IMG/VR virus record: IMGVR_UViG_3300035208_007487
DNA: 64,000 bases
Direction: 5' to 3' (one strand)
Source of the DNA: a virus
Lineage: Duplodnaviria; Caudoviricetes
In this document: one piece after another, positions 51,977 through 61,458 of the stretch
Position numbering within the stretch: position 1 is the first letter of the stretch
Layout: each line of letters opens with the position of its first letter
The notes under the pieces: model-generated
Databases searched by the model: none
The model's input: the letters and a program-made list of their open reading frames with translations, nothing else
What the model was told of the DNA's origin: nothing
Program-made: the position numbers and the translations under genes

Positions 51977-52052
51977 TTTTTTGCTCCCTTGTTAGGTTTA
52001 CTGCTCTTTGATAATAAAGATATGATAAAACTTTGAAGATGTCAACTTTTTT

Positions 52053-52226
52053 CTAGGAAATCTTTGCTCTCAAATCTTCTAAGGTATTGACACCTGTCAT
52101 TAGATCAGACAGATCGGCCCTGAAGATGATATTTTGGGCATCCCTCAACATGATAGAAAAATACTCTTCATGGGTTTTTTGAACCTTGGGCAATTCTTCT
52201 AGCTGGAATGGAAATGCTTTGTTCAT
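52053..52226 (-). CDS. small protein (57 aa), probably leaderless
   Basis: MNKAFPFQLEELP...; ATG lies 6 nt after the -10 box; absent from ORF track. Confidence 0.5.
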   Translation of the reverse strand: MNKAFPFQLEELPKVQKTHEEYFSIMLRDAQNIIFRADLSDLMTGVNTLEDLRAKIS

Positions 52227-52286
52227 ACTCTTAAACTATATTTTAATTTCTAAGATGTCAACTAATTTGATGAATAAAACAAAAAT

Positions 52287-52380
52287 AATAATTCCAAAAT
52301 TTACCCTTGCAAGTTTATTCACTCTATATTAAATTTCAAGACATATAATAAAAGAATAATAAATATCTCACTCCATTATT
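52287..52380. repeat. intergenic element copy 3 (divergent)
   Basis: Same core with several substitutions. Confidence 0.8.
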
Positions 52381-52424
52381 AGCTAATAAAAAAAAGGAAG
52401 ATTTTTAATCTTCCTTTTTCCAAT

Positions 52425-52577
52425 CTACCAAAGTTCCCAAAAGAGTGACTTCTTGCAAGTCCTGTACAAATCTTTCTTGCAAGCCCTACGATATTTGCGA
52501 TTCAACCTTTTCTTAATATAGGCACGCTTTATTGCAGTATTCTTATTGCATTCAGATGCATGCGGATGGTATTTCAT
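52425..52577 (-). CDS. small basic protein (50 aa)
   Basis: AAGGAAGGAAG RBS; MKYHPHASEC... Confidence 0.45.
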   Translation of the reverse strand: MKYHPHASECNKNTAIKRAYIKKRLNRKYRRACKKDLYRTCKKSLFWELW

Positions 52578-52591
52578 ACTTCCTTCCTTAT

Positions 52592-52786
52592 TTAGTAGAC
52601 GATTTCGCCAAATTGATTTTCAACATGGGCAACCGAAAAATTCAGAATTCCTCCTTTTCCTTTAGCTGCCAAAAGATCATTAAGATGCTTTTTGGCAATG
52701 GATAATGTTTTCCATTCCATCTTTCCTTTGATAGAAAGATAAGAACCTTTGCCATCTTCCTTAATCAAATGAATGGAGTAATTCAT
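52592..52786 (-). CDS. hypothetical protein
   Basis: GAGGTG SD. Confidence 0.55.
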   Translation of the reverse strand: MNYSIHLIKEDGKGSYLSIKGKMEWKTLSIAKKHLNDLLAAKGKGGILNFSVAHVENQFGEIVY

Positions 52787-52787
52787 T

Positions 52788-53261
52788 TTAGCACCTCTTG
52801 AATCCCTTCAAGAGGGAAGAAATTTCACGACGGGCCAAAGATTTTTGGACATTGGCTTGCCTAGCCTGAAGAGAAGAAACCGAATTGCCATAGACCGCCT
52901 TCAGATTGGCTTCAACCTTCGACCGCAAATTATCCATCTTCAGGGCTTTCCATGCGATGTAATTGGGAGAATGGACGATCTGCGATGTGTAAGCTTCCTC
53001 TGCAAGCTTGGCGTCAACTTCGCTCCTGAAAGGTTCCGACTGCAAGCCGTTCGTCCAGTCAAAAACGAGCATCCAACGAGCAGGAAGAAACTTTCCATGC
53101 AAGCGCTCACCAGAAATCTTCTGAATATGGCAAATACGGAAAACGGTAGGATCAGACAAAACGGCTTGCATTTCCTTATCAATAGCTTCCTTAGTTGCGT
53201 GAAAGTTCTTGACATGAGCAAAGCCCTTCTGAATCGCGTTAAGTTCCTTGGAAGTGTTCAT
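52788..53261 (-). CDS. GC-richer early protein
   Basis: AGGA SD before MNTSK; own promoter. Confidence 0.6.
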   Translation of the reverse strand: MNTSKELNAIQKGFAHVKNFHATKEAIDKEMQAVLSDPTVFRICHIQKISGERLHGKFLPARWMLVFDWTNGLQSEPFRSEVDAKLAEEAYTSQIVHSPNYIAWKALKMDNLRSKVEANLKAVYGNSVSSLQARQANVQKSLARREISSLLKGFKRC

Positions 53262-53403
53262 TTTGTCGGTCCTATCGTTAAGGTTCAAGTGCGAGGCCGT
53301 TTACCTCTTCACATAATATAGCCCGAAATATTGGCCATGTCAAGGGCTTGATAAAAGAAAGATGAAAAAAAATTAGTGATCTGCTAATTAGTGAAGAACA
53401 TGA

Positions 53404-53499
53404 AAATAATTCCAAAATTTAGTCTTGCCAATCAGTCCAGTCTATACTAAATTACAAGTATATACATAAAGGAATAATAGAGTAAGATATCTCTTATTA
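53404..53499. repeat. intergenic element copy 4
   Basis: Same core sequence. Confidence 0.9.
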
Positions 53500-53542
53500 G
53501 CCAATAAAAAAAGGAAGACATATTAATCTTCCTTTTTATCTC

Positions 53543-53692
53543 TTACTTGTATTTACGAATCATTTCCCGAATATCTGCTAAAGTTTCACCTGAACAATGT
53601 TGTCCATTTACGCTAGCAGTATATCTCAAAGCGAATCCAATTGCAGTATTTTTCCAAATTTGAACACCAAAATATACTGAATGCGGTTCCAC
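53543..53692 (-). CDS. small protein (49 aa)
   Basis: GAAAGGA RBS, GTG start. Confidence 0.45.
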   Translation of the reverse strand: MEPHSVYFGVQIWKNTAIGFALRYTASVNGQHCSGETLADIREMIRKYK

Positions 53693-53693
53693 T

Positions 53694-53891
53694 TTAGTAT
53701 CCTTTCGCTATATGCAAGGGTTTCCATCCCCAATTGTATTCGGTACTCATATCCTTCCAAAACACTGAATAAGTCTTATTCTTATTATTGGCAAGGAACC
53801 TATCCAATTGTTCTTTGGGAGTACCTGAACCGGATTTATTAGTAAAGAAAATTTCCGTTCCATCTTCATGAATTATTTTGTAATGAAGCAT
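53694..53891 (-). CDS. hypothetical protein
   Basis: AAAGGA RBS before MLHYK. Confidence 0.55.
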   Translation of the reverse strand: MLHYKIIHEDGTEIFFTNKSGSGTPKEQLDRFLANNKNKTYSVFWKDMSTEYNWGWKPLHIAKGY

Positions 53892-53907
53892 TTTATTATC
53901 CTTTTGA

Positions 53908-54522
53908 TTAAGTTGCTTCTGCCAAATCAAATTCGTAATTGGTATCAAGCTTTGGGAGATTATCTTTTGCCATTTGCAAGGCTTCATCCAAAGCATAAAT
54001 ATCCCCACACGAATCAATTATTTCCCCATGTTCATCAAAAGGATTGATAGCATGAGTATTATAGCAATATACATCGCCTCGAATGTATTGATCAAAGATA
54101 GCTATTTCGCCCTTCAATCGTTCTTCTACCGCCTTCCAATCAACGCTTCCGGTTTCTGGAATGATAATCTTTTCGGCCATAGCGGTAAGATTATTCATAT
54201 AGATATAACCTACCAAACCAGAATCCCAAGGATCGCCAAAAGGCTTAGTGCTAATGGTATCGCCAGAATGCGAATACATATAAATTGGCAAAACAAGAGC
54301 TTTGCCGCCCGTTGCGTAGTTGTAGAAACCTTCGCTATCTAGAATAAGCTTACCATCTTCATTAGTTTCCAAAGGAATTGCATCTTTATCAGAAGAAAAA
54401 TGCCTTGGAACCAAAGAAATAATCGTAGAAGAGCTTCCCCAACTACGAGGTGAATCATTATCGTTATCCAAGTAAATCTTGATGATAAAGTTACCAATCT
54501 TTTCAGTTTTGACAGAGTTCAT
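53908..54522 (-). CDS. conserved hypothetical phage/plasmid leading-region protein
   Basis: LPIYMYSHSG..PFGDPWDSGLVGYIY, DQYIRGDVY, DSCG motifs. Confidence 0.7.
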   Translation of the reverse strand: MNSVKTEKIGNFIIKIYLDNDNDSPRSWGSSSTIISLVPRHFSSDKDAIPLETNEDGKLILDSEGFYNYATGGKALVLPIYMYSHSGDTISTKPFGDPWDSGLVGYIYMNNLTAMAEKIIIPETGSVDWKAVEERLKGEIAIFDQYIRGDVYCYNTHAINPFDEHGEIIDSCGDIYALDEALQMAKDNLPKLDTNYEFDLAEAT

Positions 54523-54599
54523 TTTTTAGCTCCTTAGAAGGTTTGGTTGAAGTTCTTAGAACAAAGATACATTGAAATTTTTAGTTTGTCAACTAATTT

Positions 54600-54866
54600 C
54601 TAGATTTCCTTTCCAAAATGACCTTCAAGCTCACCATAGGCCATTTCCATAAGATCACCATTAGGTGCGCTTTCATTCCGTCCGGGTGTATAGTCAGACA
54701 TAGAGAGAGCACTGTAAAGCTCGCTATCTTGCCCGCTATGGTAGTTTGAGGCATACCAATAAATAGCGCCCTCAATGTCGAATTCGTCAAAACCATAGAT
54801 CTTGAACTTGGGAAGATTGAGATATTCCCGCATTTCACTTGCGCTCGGATCAAAAAGCTTGCCCAT
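54600..54866 (-). CDS. conserved hypothetical protein
   Basis: AIYWYASNYHSGQDSELYSALS; GGAG SD. Confidence 0.65.
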   Translation of the reverse strand: MGKLFDPSASEMREYLNLPKFKIYGFDEFDIEGAIYWYASNYHSGQDSELYSALSMSDYTPGRNESAPNGDLMEMAYGELEGHFGKEI

Positions 54867-54962
54867 GATTTTTCTCCATTGAAAGATTTTCTAGAATTCC
54901 TTATTAACAAGTATATATTCTAAATCCTAAGATGTCAAGAAAAAACATGAATAAAGAAAAAA

Positions 54963-55057
54963 TAATTCTTCCAAAATTTAGCCTTGCAAATCAGTTCAGT
55001 CTATACTAAATTTCAAGAGATATTCAAAAGGAATAATAGATATATTAATCCATTATT
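54963..55057. repeat. intergenic element copy 5
   Basis: Same core sequence. Confidence 0.9.
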
Positions 55058-55110
55058 CCATATTAAAAAATGAGTATATATAATATATACTCAATCACTC
55101 ACTCAATCAA

Positions 55111-55524
55111 TCAATTATGTTTTTGGGACGGTGTAAACCATTGATGAGTTTCAAAAATATCATTCAAATCATTTTTGTGAGCAATAGCACCTTGCCCATT
55201 TGAATCATATACAATAGTACTATTTTTCATATTCTTGATATGAATTAACCAACTGCATAATAGCTCTGGATATTCCAATTCAGTATTACATTTGGAAATA
55301 TCCTTTTCGCATTGTTCAATCAAGCCTTTAATCAAATCATGAATGAAATTATCAGAATCAAAAGGATCAAATGAACTTGGCATGAAAAACGTAGAAGGAA
55401 TACTATTGTAAAGGCTAAAGAAAAGATAGCCTACCAAATTGCTATTCCAAATAATAGCCGAAACCCCAAAATTGGCCTTGACGATGTGGTGCATATCGGC
55501 ATAGAAACTGCGCTCACTTGCCAT
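55111..55524 (-). CDS. hypothetical protein
   Basis: Own promoter; AGAAAGA RBS. Confidence 0.55.
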   Translation of the reverse strand: MASERSFYADMHHIVKANFGVSAIIWNSNLVGYLFFSLYNSIPSTFFMPSSFDPFDSDNFIHDLIKGLIEQCEKDISKCNTELEYPELLCSWLIHIKNMKNSTIVYDSNGQGAIAHKNDLNDIFETHQWFTPSQKHN

Positions 55525-55594
55525 TTCATATCTTTCTTTTAGTGAGTAACATTACTCATAAGATGAATATAATAATTTTTGGAACTTTGGCAAC

Positions 55595-55862
55595 AAAAAA
55601 ACCCACCTATCACAAAGTAATAAATGGGAAAGCTTTCAAATTGTAAACCGCACAAGCTTAGAGAGTTGAAAGCTTTTTTGGGCCTTAACGCAGAACAAAT
55701 TGTAACGTGAGTTTTACGGCTCTCCGCGAATGTAATTCATTCGACCTCCAATGATGTACTGACAACGACAGCAAGCCCAAATAGAGCGTGCGAATTCTAT
55801 TTCTCACAATACCCAAGGTCGGGCAATAGTAGCGCCACCGAAAGTGCAGGCGGACTTCCTAC
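55595..55862 (-). ncRNA. candidate structured ncRNA (~260 nt)
   Basis: Promoter and U-tract terminator bracket a GC-richer stretch with several helices and no long ORF. Confidence 0.45.
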
Positions 55863-55989
55863 ACATAGAATATAATAATTTGAAAGATGCTGTCAAGCTT
55901 TTTGGGAAGAAAATAATAGAGCAATGAATCCATTATTAGTATATAAAAATGAGCATACATATAATAGGTATGCTCAATCAATCACTCAC

Positions 55990-56286
55990 TCAATTAGGAA
56001 TTAGTACACACATTTCCAGGAAGTTTTCTTTTGTGATGACCACAAGGGTGTCACCATCTTTCTCATAAATGCCCTTCAGCTCCTTTAGAAGGTCTTTATA
56101 TTCTCCACAGGGGCAAGTAGCACTTTCCTCAATGTGGCCCTTTGAAACAGAGCTATGCTGACCAACATGGGCATAGCAAGTGAGATTTCCTTGTCTGTCG
56201 AAATTGACAGGAAAGGCTGCATAGATGTCGTCGTCCCCTTCGATGTCGCTATACTTGAGAAAAGTGACGTAATGAAGCATTTTCAT
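55990..56286 (-). CDS. conserved hypothetical phage protein
   Basis: AAFP..TCYAHVGQHS..EYKDLLKEL; AAGGAG SD. Confidence 0.65.
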   Translation of the reverse strand: MKMLHYVTFLKYSDIEGDDDIYAAFPVNFDRQGNLTCYAHVGQHSSVSKGHIEESATCPCGEYKDLLKELKGIYEKDGDTLVVITKENFLEMCVLIPN

Positions 56287-56360
56287 TCTCCTTAAGAGTT
56301 AGAGCAACATTGCCCTTCACATAGAATATAAAAAAATCTAGAACTTTGGCAACTACTATT

Positions 56361-56696
56361 TTAGACTAATCCCAACAAGTATTCAGAACGGAAGCCTAAG
56401 AACTTTTTCAATTCTCCCTTGATTGTCTTATAAGGATGATTAAGGAATTGTAATAAAGAAGGCTTTTCACCTAATCCAATCATATTGTAAATCTCTTGCT
56501 TCTCATATCCATAATTGAATAAGGATTGTAATAAAATAATGTTATTTTCTGCATTCATCATTTCCTTCATGGTATCTACATATAGGGTAGTTTCTTTTTT
56601 CGGAGTAATGAATTTAATCTGCTTGGTTGGATAATCAATTTCAAAGGTGCTTTGAGCTTTACCATTCAAAAAATATAGGCTGTATTGCATTGTCAT
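56361..56696 (-). CDS. hypothetical protein
   Basis: 111-aa ORF. Confidence 0.5.
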   Translation of the reverse strand: MTMQYSLYFLNGKAQSTFEIDYPTKQIKFITPKKETTLYVDTMKEMMNAENNIILLQSLFNYGYEKQEIYNMIGLGEKPSLLQFLNHPYKTIKGELKKFLGFRSEYLLGLV

Positions 56697-56802
56697 TCCT
56701 TATGTGGAGGTGAAGTAGTCCTAATATAATTAAATTAATATAATATGTAAACAAAAAAGGAAAGCATTGAAGCCTTCCTTTTCAATTCAGTCGATAATTA
56801 TT

Positions 56803-57153
56803 CTAAATTCTTGTGGCTAATCCAGTGGTTTGAACGAAAAGAAATTCCAATTGATCGCAATACACATCATCATGAGTTATTTTCAAATTCCAATAACCTT
56901 TGGAAATCCGATAAAAATCCATCCGATATGTATCTCGGCCTTCACAATAGCTCAAAATTAATCCATTCAAGCCATTATTTGCTTTGGCTTTGAAATGAAT
57001 CATTGCAGCATATTCACACTTACTAGCCTTGTAAGTATATGAATATGGAAGATTTGCTCCAATCATTTGAAGAAACCGGCTACCACCGATTTGATTCATC
57101 ATGGTAAAAACTACCTTTTTTACCTCTTCATCTGGAACAGTATTGTTTTCCAT
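56803..57153 (-). CDS. conserved hypothetical phage protein
   Basis: QIGGSRF..MIGA, DTY.M.F, DVYCDQL..F...TGL. Confidence 0.65.
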   Translation of the reverse strand: MENNTVPDEEVKKVVFTMMNQIGGSRFLQMIGANLPYSYTYKASKCEYAAMIHFKAKANNGLNGLILSYCEGRDTYRMDFYRISKGYWNLKITHDDVYCDQLEFLFVQTTGLATRI

Positions 57154-57154
57154 T

Positions 57155-57478
57155 TTATTCTACCTCATTAGAACCATGATAGAGTTTCCAATCCCGAATC
57201 TTTTTGTCAAGATATTTGATAAACCTTTCATCTTCAATCTCCGCCTGAGAAACCATATCGGTAATCCAGGAAAATTCTTCTCGCATTTTTTCAGTATAAA
57301 TTTTTACATTAGCGATAACTAATTCTAATGTATTGTGCATATTCCGATAAGCCTCGAATCTAGCTACATCTTTTTCTTGCTTGAATTTAGCATATTGAAT
57401 AGCCGCATTGGTATATGCGTCAACAGTGCCTTTATCCAGTTGATTAAGAAAGTCTAGCAATTGATCTTTGGCGCTCAT
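57155..57478 (-). CDS. hypothetical protein
   Basis: GAGGTG SD; own promoter. Confidence 0.6.
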   Translation of the reverse strand: MSAKDQLLDFLNQLDKGTVDAYTNAAIQYAKFKQEKDVARFEAYRNMHNTLELVIANVKIYTEKMREEFSWITDMVSQAEIEDERFIKYLDKKIRDWKLYHGSNEVE

Positions 57479-57489
57479 TTTTTCACCTC

Positions 57490-57687
57490 TTAGGTTAAGT
57501 TGGGGGTTCTGTTATAAGTAATATAAAAATTCTTGAGGCTTTGGCAACAAAAAAGAGGATCTTTTTCAATCCTCTTATTATCCATTCTTCTGTACTTTGT
57601 TTGGTCCTTGAATGCTTGGCATCTTTGCTTTGGCAAAGGAATCCGAACTTTTGGTAATTCTAGCTTTCGCCTTTTGTAGTCTTTCAT
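57490..57687 (-). CDS. small basic protein
   Basis: FKDQTKYRR basic motif; 3' end overlaps a promoter. Confidence 0.4.
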   Translation of the reverse strand: MKDYKRRKLELPKVRIPLPKQRCQAFKDQTKYRRMDNKRIEKDPLFCCQSLKNFYITYNRTPNLT

Positions 57688-57698
57688 ACCACAATTAT

Positions 57699-58349
57699 TT
57701 ATCCTCTTACGTTGTAAGTATCTTCATTTACTATCCAGCCTGAAATGTTGCTTATTAGAATAGCATTAACAATTGGCTTTGCTGCTTCAATTGATACACC
57801 TTCCGATAATGGAGCTACTACTCTTTCAGTGGGAAGAAAACCTATTTTAAGGTCTTTTAATTCATCTCCTTCAAAAGCTTCCTCTGTTCCATCTGAATAT
57901 ACCTTGAAATATACTACTTCAGATGCTTCCTTGGCAAGCTCTGCAAGTGATTTATTTCCGCTAGAATAAGCCCTTAAATACTTTACTCCATCTTTTTCAA
58001 TGAGTATCTTAGATCCATCTACCCATTTTCCCCAAGGTAATGGTTTACTTTCAAAGTTGCGAACAAATCCATTCTCTGCTAATGTATCATTAACTCTATC
58101 TTCATAATCATCACCTATTGAATATAACTTAGTAGATTCTTTAACTACCCCCTCAATAGTAAGATTGGTAGGATGTGTGTAACATTCAGTAAGAGATACC
58201 TTAAGTTTACCAATAGATTTTATTCTATGGCCTTTCAATACTTTAGGATTAGTACGAGTAGTGATGAATAAATCAATTGGACCTTTACCATTAAATTCAT
58301 TCAATAATTCAGCTACTTTATTTGCGGGGATATTCTTTTTGCTAGACAT
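57699..58349 (-). CDS. conserved hypothetical phage protein
   Basis: YEDRVN..L..F..KPLPWGKW..LIEKDG..YLR. Confidence 0.65.
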   Translation of the reverse strand: MSSKKNIPANKVAELLNEFNGKGPIDLFITTRTNPKVLKGHRIKSIGKLKVSLTECYTHPTNLTIEGVVKESTKLYSIGDDYEDRVNDTLAENGFVRNFESKPLPWGKWVDGSKILIEKDGVKYLRAYSSGNKSLAELAKEASEVVYFKVYSDGTEEAFEGDELKDLKIGFLPTERVVAPLSEGVSIEAAKPIVNAILISNISGWIVNEDTYNVRG

Positions 58350-58460
58350 TAAATTACTCCAATTATTCTATGGTGTAATCTAATGGTAACATTTAATAAG
58401 GAACAATAAAAAAGGAGAGCTAATTTAGCCCTCCTTTAGATGAACATTGAAAATTGAAGA

Positions 58461-58976
58461 TTAGGCAGCGGCGGGAGTCGAAGTATCAGCCTTCGGAGCG
58501 GCACCGTTCTTTGATCCCTTGGGGGCACGGTGGGTAACTTCGCCCTTGAACTGCTCCTGCAAGCGCTTGATCATCTTGGAAATGGAGTTCAGGCGAATGG
58601 AATCCAGCTTGGCAGTGAACTTGCGAGGAGCCTTGATGCCCTCAGCCGCGCCGCGAACCTGGGCATTGATCGTGCATTCGTGGCCGAAAAGAGCCTCATT
58701 GAGAGCCACTTCGACCATTTCATCTTCGACCTTCACCAGAACCTTGGAATCCGGCAAAGTCTTGATGGAATCCAAGATGCTCTGACGAAGCTTCTGATCC
58801 TCGTCCTTACGAGCGCTCTTCTGAACACCCATCGCCTGCTTCACTTCGTCCTGCTTCTGCTTCAGAATGGACTGAATCTTCTTGAGGTCCGTGGTGGGGA
58901 TCGCATTGACATCCAGGGTGACAACCGGAGTATCGGTCTTGGGAGCAGCGGCTGGAGTGTTGATCGTGTTTTCCAT
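58461..58976 (-). CDS. GC-rich Lys/Ala-rich early protein, paralog 1
   Basis: AGAAAGA RBS; two promoters upstream; aligns with 60619..61269. Confidence 0.75.
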   Translation of the reverse strand: MENTINTPAAAPKTDTPVVTLDVNAIPTTDLKKIQSILKQKQDEVKQAMGVQKSARKDEDQKLRQSILDSIKTLPDSKVLVKVEDEMVEVALNEALFGHECTINAQVRGAAEGIKAPRKFTAKLDSIRLNSISKMIKRLQEQFKGEVTHRAPKGSKNGAAPKADTSTPAAA

Positions 58977-59260
58977 TGTCTTGTCTTTCTGATTGTGGTG
59001 AGTTTGTGAGTGGCTTTCAAGAGTCATTCTTGATTACCCTCTTGTATCTCTAATATCATTTTTCCAAGTTGCCTTGTCAAGCGATATTTTGAGATTTTGA
59101 AGTGAGAGGTTTTTGATTCCCTCCCCTTCCTTACACATAGAATATAAAAATTTAGCGACTCATGTCAAGTCTTTTGGAAAGAAACTTTGAAATTCTTTGC
59201 TTTAGTAGTAGTGAGTCAACATGAGCAGAACAACATTAAAGATCTTTAATACTAGCCTAA

Positions 59261-59354
59261 AAATAATTCCAAAATTTAGCCTTGCAAATTTGTCCAGTCT
59301 ATACTAAATTTCAACTATATAAGAATGGAATAATAGATATCTTAATCCATTAAT
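59261..59354. repeat. intergenic element copy 6
   Basis: Same core sequence. Confidence 0.9.
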
Positions 59355-59398
59355 ACTATATAAAAAATCCCCTAAAATTTCTCTTAGAGGATTAAATA

Positions 59399-59471
59399 TG
59401 TGCCCGGTGGGGCTTGGACCCACGACCCGCGACTTAAAAGGCCGCTGCTCTACCAACTGAGCTACAAGCAC
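59399..59471 (-). tRNA. tRNA-Lys(UUU)
   Basis: Cloverleaf GTGCTTG..AGCTCAGTTGGTAGAGC..GCGGC-CTTTTAA-GTCGC..; T-loop TCCAAGC; CCA not encoded. Confidence 0.88.
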
Positions 59472-59609
59472 GTCTCAAATCTCAACACATTATGCTATCA
59501 TCCAATAGAGGTGAGAAGCTAATTGGACGATTCCTTGAAGGCTATCCTTCCTCATCTCTCATGTAAATAATATAATAATTTTACCCAGCTCTGTCAACTT
59601 TTTCTTCAA

Positions 59610-60401
59610 CTATCTCAAATCATATTGAGAAACCTGAACATTATCAATAATTATATTATTTAGATTAACTTTAGCTCTAGTAATAATATTATCAATTGCA
59701 GTATGTGATAATAATAATTCTTCACCTAATTCTCGTAATGTCTTTTTCTTCTTCCCAAACAATCCTTCATAATTAATCAAACAGAATTTTTCTCGTTCTT
59801 CTAATTGATTGATATATCTATGGATTAGATCTACCCTAGCCTTTACCAATATTTGGGTTAATGCATTCTCTGCATTAGGATCGGGCACAATCTCTTCCAA
59901 TGTAGTATCATTCCCATTACCTAATACAATGGGAGAATCAATTGGAGTAGTATTCAATAATGGTAGTATATTATCTTGCAATTCTTTTTTCAATTCAGTC
60001 TCTTCAGGGGTTAGATTATCCCGTTCAAAGATTCTTAGCTTTTTTGCCTTACTTAACAGAGTGTAATAGTTATGTGGAATATGAATGATTGGAGCATTTC
60101 GATATTCCTTTTGACATTCAGATCTCATATAGAATCCAATATGCTTGGCAAAATGTATCTCACCTAGATACATCTTATCATCTGCATACTTTTTGATTCC
60201 ATCCATGAATCCCTTAATACAGGCAGTCATTGCAATATCAAAAGATAAGCTACTTGCTCGCTTGGCAATTTTGATTCGTAAGGGTTGATACTGAATGAAT
60301 AATGAACTTACTAGGTTATTCCAATCTTGCCGATAAACTTTTCCATCTGGTCTACAAAATACTCTACAAAATTCAGCTTTATGTGTACTGTATTCAGGCA
60401 T
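59610..60401 (-). CDS. sigma70-family RNA polymerase sigma factor
   Basis: FAKHIGFYMR, IIHIP, IDSPI..TLEEIVPD, LEEREKF..YEGL..KTLRELGEELLLS. Confidence 0.8.
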   Translation of the reverse strand: MPEYSTHKAEFCRVFCRPDGKVYRQDWNNLVSSLFIQYQPLRIKIAKRASSLSFDIAMTACIKGFMDGIKKYADDKMYLGEIHFAKHIGFYMRSECQKEYRNAPIIHIPHNYYTLLSKAKKLRIFERDNLTPEETELKKELQDNILPLLNTTPIDSPIVLGNGNDTTLEEIVPDPNAENALTQILVKARVDLIHRYINQLEEREKFCLINYEGLFGKKKKTLRELGEELLLSHTAIDNIITRAKVNLNNIIIDNVQVSQYDLR

Positions 60402-60618
60402 GGAATCCTTTTCTGGGAACAAAGAGGTTAAGCCATTAATATATTCCAATCTGATGAATAAAATTAAGATTATGAGTAAGGGGAAATTCCCTTGCCTGGA
60501 TTCTAATATAGTGCAGCTATCCATAGTGGGCAAGAGAAAATTTTACATATTTTGAAACACAAAAAAGGAGAACCAAAATGGTCCTCCCTTTCATCTTATC
60601 ACTTGGCTTGATTTTTGA

Positions 60619-61269
60619 TTAGGCTACGACTGCCTTGGGTGCCTTCTTGCCCTTGTGCTTGGGCACCTTGACGGTATCAACCACGGGAGCGGGAACAGGT
60701 GCAGGAATCTCGGCCTTGGGTGCTTCGGGAGCGTGGCCCTCTTCCATCGTGGATTCGGTCGGCTTCACATGGCGAGTGACTTCGCCCTTGAACTGAGCAT
60801 TCAGCCGGGCAATGGCCTTCTGAATTCCGGTCATGCGAATGGAGTCCAGCTTGGCCGTGAACTTGCGAGGGGCCTTTGTTCCCTCGGGCTGGCCCTTCAC
60901 CTGAGCCATGATCGTGCATTCGTGGCCGAAAAGAGCCTCTTCCAAGCTCACTTCCACGTACTCCCCTTCGACCTTCACCACCACAGGATGGCTCTTGAGG
61001 GCGCGAAGATCATCCAAGATCGTCTGACGAAGCTTCTGATCGTCACCCTTCCTGGCCTTCTTCTGGTCGTCGAGAACCTTCGAGGTGCTGGCCAGAGCCG
61101 CCTTCAGAAGCGAATCAGCCTTCTTCAGGACATCCTTGGGAAGAGCAGCCATTTCCTCGGAACTGAGAGCCGAAAACTTGGCGGCAGTGATGTTCTCGAC
61201 CGTGAGAACTTCATTGATGACGGTTTCGGTGAAAGCAGAGACAGGAGCGGAAGTAAGCGTGGTTTCCAT
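60619..61269 (-). CDS. GC-rich Lys/Ala-rich early protein, paralog 2
   Basis: EALFGHECTI.AQV.G..EG.KAPRKFTAKLDSIR shared with paralog 1. Confidence 0.75.
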   Translation of the reverse strand: METTLTSAPVSAFTETVINEVLTVENITAAKFSALSSEEMAALPKDVLKKADSLLKAALASTSKVLDDQKKARKGDDQKLRQTILDDLRALKSHPVVVKVEGEYVEVSLEEALFGHECTIMAQVKGQPEGTKAPRKFTAKLDSIRMTGIQKAIARLNAQFKGEVTRHVKPTESTMEEGHAPEAPKAEIPAPVPAPVVDTVKVPKHKGKKAPKAVVA

Positions 61270-61458
61270 TGTAGTGTCTTTCTTTTGAGGTTGAGAGGCT
61301 TGGAGAACCATTCTCGTCGTCTCTTACACATAGAATATAAAAATCTAGTGACTTTTGGCAACTAAATCTGAAAGAAAGTTAAAGATAATTTGCAGAACTA
61401 GCTAGGAGGGATTTTCTTGCCTAGTTGCGAGTATATATAATAGCAGAATAGAAGTCAA

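Noticed and set aside
58519-61365. Long + strand ORFs (58519, 58530, 60655, 61085; also 47920, 52845)
   Set aside because: Antisense shadows of GC-rich minus-strand genes that have the promoters and RBSs
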